Below are positions 60,276 to 64,000 of a stretch of 64,000 nt of DNA, one piece after another. Position numbers and translations under genes: made by a program. The stretch's first letter is position 1; the number at the start of each line of letters is the position of its first letter. Origin of the DNA: Eledone cirrhosa (taxonomy: Eukaryota); contig OZ024742.1 in NCBI GenBank assembly GCA_964016885.1, positions 43,524,001 through 43,588,000 of the forward strand. The letters are read 5' to 3'. A model generated the notes under the pieces. It saw nothing but the letters and a program-made list of their open reading frames with translations. It searched no databases and was not told where the DNA came from.

Positions 60276-61295
60276 TTATTTTCCTTTCTTTACCAAGACA
60301 TCATTAGTTTTTCTCATAGACCTCTCACTCTCATTGATGTATTGTTTCGCACTCTCCGTGAAAACAGCAACAACGATTAAATTTATGAAGATTGTCATGA
60401 ATATTGCCCCGAATGTGTTGTAGAATGTCGGAGGATCTTTCTCGTACAGCATTGCCTTCCATGCTATTATATCTTCGTATATACCATCCAGCTGTTTCCA
60501 CGACACCATCATGATGCAAATATGAAACAATTGGTGACTGTGTCCGAAAAAATCAAATTTTCCGGGGAAGAATCGCTGTGGAATGTCAGAACCAAAGAAA
60601 AACCCGGCCATTATGAACCAGATCATTTGTTCCATGTGATGTGGAAGGCCTTTGTCCCACTTGGATGACATAAACATTAGAAACACCCGATGTGCGATGG
60701 GTAAAATGAGCAATGCATAGATTCCACCAACGGAACCAAGTTGCCAGACCTTTCGAACAAACGGGTACGGTCGTTGGTACCGCACTTTGGATATACTGCA
60801 ACAGAGACACACACCAGCGCCTAGCAACACTCCAACAGGAATGATCCAGCTCTGCACAAAACCAATGTCAAAAGACGGAAGCATGCAGTAGTTGTAATGG
60901 AGAATGATGCTGCCAATTCCATAGAGACCAATTCCAGCGTAATCAAACATGAAACACGTGTAATGGGCAAGTTCGGAACGGGATTGCAGACAGTGAGCCA
61001 AGCTACTGCACAGATATAAAATGACAATACTTAGAATACCTGAAGTCAAAGGCCACATGTAAGGGTCAGTGAAGAGGCAGAATTCTTCAGAGAAGGTCAT
61101 CATCTTCTTTATGACAAGGAACATTGCGATGAGATGGGTCCAAGAGTTGAGGCATTCATTATGGATTTGAAATAAACTGAGAAAGTAGTAAGTCCATGGC
61201 TGGTTGATGTGCCGGAAACCAGAGAGAACATGTGGTTCGTGAAAGAGGAGGGGAACGTGCTCTTTTGAAACGGTTGGCTTCATTATTTGTATCAT
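60276..61295 (-). CDS. PAQR (HlyIII) family membrane progestin receptor-like protein (mPR alpha/beta, PAQR7/8-like), with the conserved region in one exon
   Basis: 339-aa ORF with PAQR motifs VPLLFHEPHVLSGFR, HNECLNSWTH, SSLAH, FDYAGI, PQRFFPGKFDFFGHSHQLFH and multiple hydrophobic segments. A splice acceptor ttttttag lies ~20 nt upstream of the ATG. Confidence 0.95.
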   Translation of the reverse strand: MIQIMKPTVSKEHVPLLFHEPHVLSGFRHINQPWTYYFLSLFQIHNECLNSWTHLIAMFLVIKKMMTFSEEFCLFTDPYMWPLTSGILSIVILYLCSSLAHCLQSRSELAHYTCFMFDYAGIGLYGIGSIILHYNYCMLPSFDIGFVQSWIIPVGVLLGAGVCLCCSISKVRYQRPYPFVRKVWQLGSVGGIYALLILPIAHRVFLMFMSSKWDKGLPHHMEQMIWFIMAGFFFGSDIPQRFFPGKFDFFGHSHQLFHICIMMVSWKQLDGIYEDIIAWKAMLYEKDPPTFYNTFGAIFMTIFINLIVVAVFTESAKQYINESERSMRKTNDVLVKKGK

Positions 61296-62054
61296 TTCTT
61301 CAGCTGAAATATTTCCTAAAAAATGAACAAAAATGAGAGAAAGTTAGCAAATATATTTAATGTATTAACAAAAGCTATATCAAGTTTAACCCTTTTAATA
61401 GTAAACTACAAGAAACTACCATTGGTTATTAAATACAAAGCTGTTTATTCTAAAGTATTTATCATCATCATCATTTTATGTCTGCTCTCCATGCTGTCAT
61501 GAGTTCAGCAGGTGGTCATGGTCTAAGACTAGACAGGTTGGAAAGACCTCATATTTGGCATGGCTTCTTTGGCTTAATGCCCTTCCTAATGACAACTACC
61601 TTACAAAATGTACTGGGTGCATTTTATCGTGGCATTAGCACTAACGCTTCACAGATATTTTAAGATATTTATTTAGCAGCTTGCCATCATATATTTATCT
61701 AAGAAACTTTATTAAATTATGTTAAGTCATAAGAACCTCCCTAGTGTTGATAACCTACACAATAAACACACTCAGTACACTTTGTAAAGTAGTTGGTAAT
61801 TGGAAGAGAATCCAGCTGGAGGAAACATGCCAAAACAAAGGAGGACTCTTCAGCAGTTTCAAAGACATGACAACCTCCCTAATGCTGGTGCTCTAATAAA
61901 ATACTATACTTGGTAGAGTATGGGAATGTTTTATGATCAAGATGTGTGCCACCAGACCACTCAAGCAGCTGTTCAGTACGGGAACATAAATAAGTGAGAT
62001 GCAAACTTCCAGCCCATCTGAGATGTCAGTAGCTCCATTTGAGTGCTGTTCCCC

Positions 62055-62270
62055 ATATATATATATATGAATATATATAAGGAAGAGCACTTCTTTTATA
62101 CATGTGTTGTTGAAGACATGATAACTTTCCAGTTTCAATTTCTTTATTAGAATCTTCTCATATTTTCTAATAAGGCTTCTATAGTTCATTTGGAACAACA
62201 AAATGCCTAAGTCCATAATTTTGTCATTTGCCAAACCCTTAAAGTCTCATCACCAGAAGTATTGTTGGTT
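62055..62270 (-). mobile_element. Probable Penelope-like element 5' fragment truncated at (TA)n
   Basis: LIRKYEKILIKKLKLESYHVFNNTCIKEVL resembles the N-terminal FN..C..E.L.P motif of PLE ORFs. Confidence 0.4.
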
Positions 62271-62456
62271 TATATTTACTGCCTTTTTTGTTATAGGCAT
62301 ATCTATTTTATGATGTTATTATTAATTATAATTATGTTTGAATGGAAGAGTTTTAGATAAATTTAAACACTTTAAAATAAAGTTTTCAACCACAGAATCA
62401 AGGGTGGTTTTAAGCAGTTTTTGGTATTGATAGGGTTAAATGGAACAAAAATTGTT

Positions 62457-62672
62457 TTAACCCTTTAACATTTAAACCGGCCGTATCCAGCCAGAATTTT
62501 CTCACCTCTTTCTGTTCAAATCGGCTGTTACCAGCCACTCATACTGATGTTAAGGTATTGTTCTCAAAATAAATAATATCAAAATCTCATAGATTCGATA
62601 TTATGTGAGGTAAAGCTTTTACCATGAAAATACAATAGTATATATAGAGTAATGTAAATGCTAAAGGGTTAA
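62457..62672. mobile_element. piggyBac-type MITE
   Basis: TTAA-ccctttaacattt...aaatgctaaaggg-TTAA. Confidence 0.85.
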
Positions 62673-63585
62673 AGAAAGAATTTATTTATATGAAAAAAAT
62701 ATATACATGTTAAAATAAATTTGATTAAAATACTTTTGTGGAAAACCAGAATTTTTTCATAGAAACCACTACGAGAAATAAGGTTCTAGACAATATTTTG
62801 GTATGTAATATATTTCTAAATCACACTTGTAGGAAAACATCTGATAATAAATGATATGTGTCCTTGTGACATAAGAAAAGATAAATCAGATGTGTCTAAT
62901 TATATCTTTGATCTGTTACAATAGACAACTTCAGAATAACAGGTCAATAGTATAAATATTAACTTCCTAGATTGTTTATACTAGTTCAATCAATGTATAT
63001 GTGGTGAGGAGAAACAAGCTGTAAATTTAGTCACCTTATGTTTTTGTAAATTATCTATTATATTAAAGTGCTAACAATAGATTCTGTGTAGTGTAAATTG
63101 TTATTCATGGTGTGGAAAGGGGATGGTAAGAGTGTGTGTGTATGTGTGTGTGCAATATAGTGAGATGAAGAGAATGGTGATGCTGGCAGAAGCAGCAATA
63201 AACACCAAAATTTTTTTATTTTATTAACTTATGTCTTTCTGAAAAAGGGATGGTAAGAGTGTGTGTATGAATATGTGTGTGTGAGAAAGGAGAGAGAGGG
63301 AACTAAATGAAGAATTATTTTTTTAAAACTTCAGTCATATTATGGAAAGGAGATGGTGAGTGTGTATGTGTATGCAAGAGAGAGAAAGAGAAAGAACAAA
63401 TTTATCAAAATGTAAATTTCCCGATGGTATACCAATCCTGAAAAAAGGCGGCAAATTGGCAGAGTCATTACAACATCAGATAGAATGTTTTGTTCTATTC
63501 GTTTTGGCTCTCTGAACTCCCAGAGTTCAAATCCTGCTGAAGTCAACTTCACCTTTCATCCATTGAAGGTCAATAAAAAAAAGTA

Positions 63586-63799
63586 TTAACTTATTAGCAT
63601 TTAAACTGGCCTTATCCGGCCAGAATTCTCACTTCTTTCTATTCAAACCAGCTGTAACTGGCCAGTCATACTGACGTTAAGGTATTGTTCTCAAATTGAA
63701 TAATATCAAAATCTCATAGATTTGATATTATGTGAGGTAAAGCCTTTACCGCAAAAATACAATAGTTAATATAGAACAATGTGAATGCTAAAGGGTTAA
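63586..63799. mobile_element. piggyBac-type MITE (same family)
   Basis: High similarity to 62457-62672; ends in aatgctaaagggTTAA. Confidence 0.8.
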
Positions 63800-64000
63800 T
63801 CAAGTAGAGGAATTGATTCTTCCTCTATATCTCTTTCTCACTTCCATTCTCTCACTCTCTATCCTCCTCCGGAGGAAATCTGCTGTATTCAAACATGGAG
63901 AGGAGATGGGTTCTGCAAGGTTTTTTAAAAAATGCCCTAGAAATGCTGTGTGTCAGTACGGCACCCCTACGATTCCACCAGGAGTTATGGGATCATACAT

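Overview
AT-rich, repeat-dominated eukaryotic DNA, most likely an octopod cephalopod. This is inferred from the tRNA-derived SINEs, the RTE, Dong/R4, CRE and CR1 LINE remnants and the very long (TA)n-type arrays. Only two host protein-coding features are supported: a PAQR-family membrane progestin receptor-like ORF (60276-61295, minus) and the first coding exon of a mitochondrial precursor, probably COX4 (5634-5757, minus), with an ETS/CRE/CCAAT promoter. The most interesting observations are (1) a decayed ~1.2 kb orthomyxovirus (Quaranjavirus-like) nucleoprotein endogenous viral element at ~40431-41710, between microsatellites, and (2) at least ten type I hammerhead ribozyme motifs from about six unrelated sequence families. 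Three of these families occur as divergent inverted pairs between 17.7 and 21.9 kb, near Penelope-like GIY-YIG remnants. Also present are a solo LTR, several MITE families, a ~7.9 kb cryptic TA satellite and several foldback or template-switch scars. All family assignments come from visual motif recognition, not database searches.
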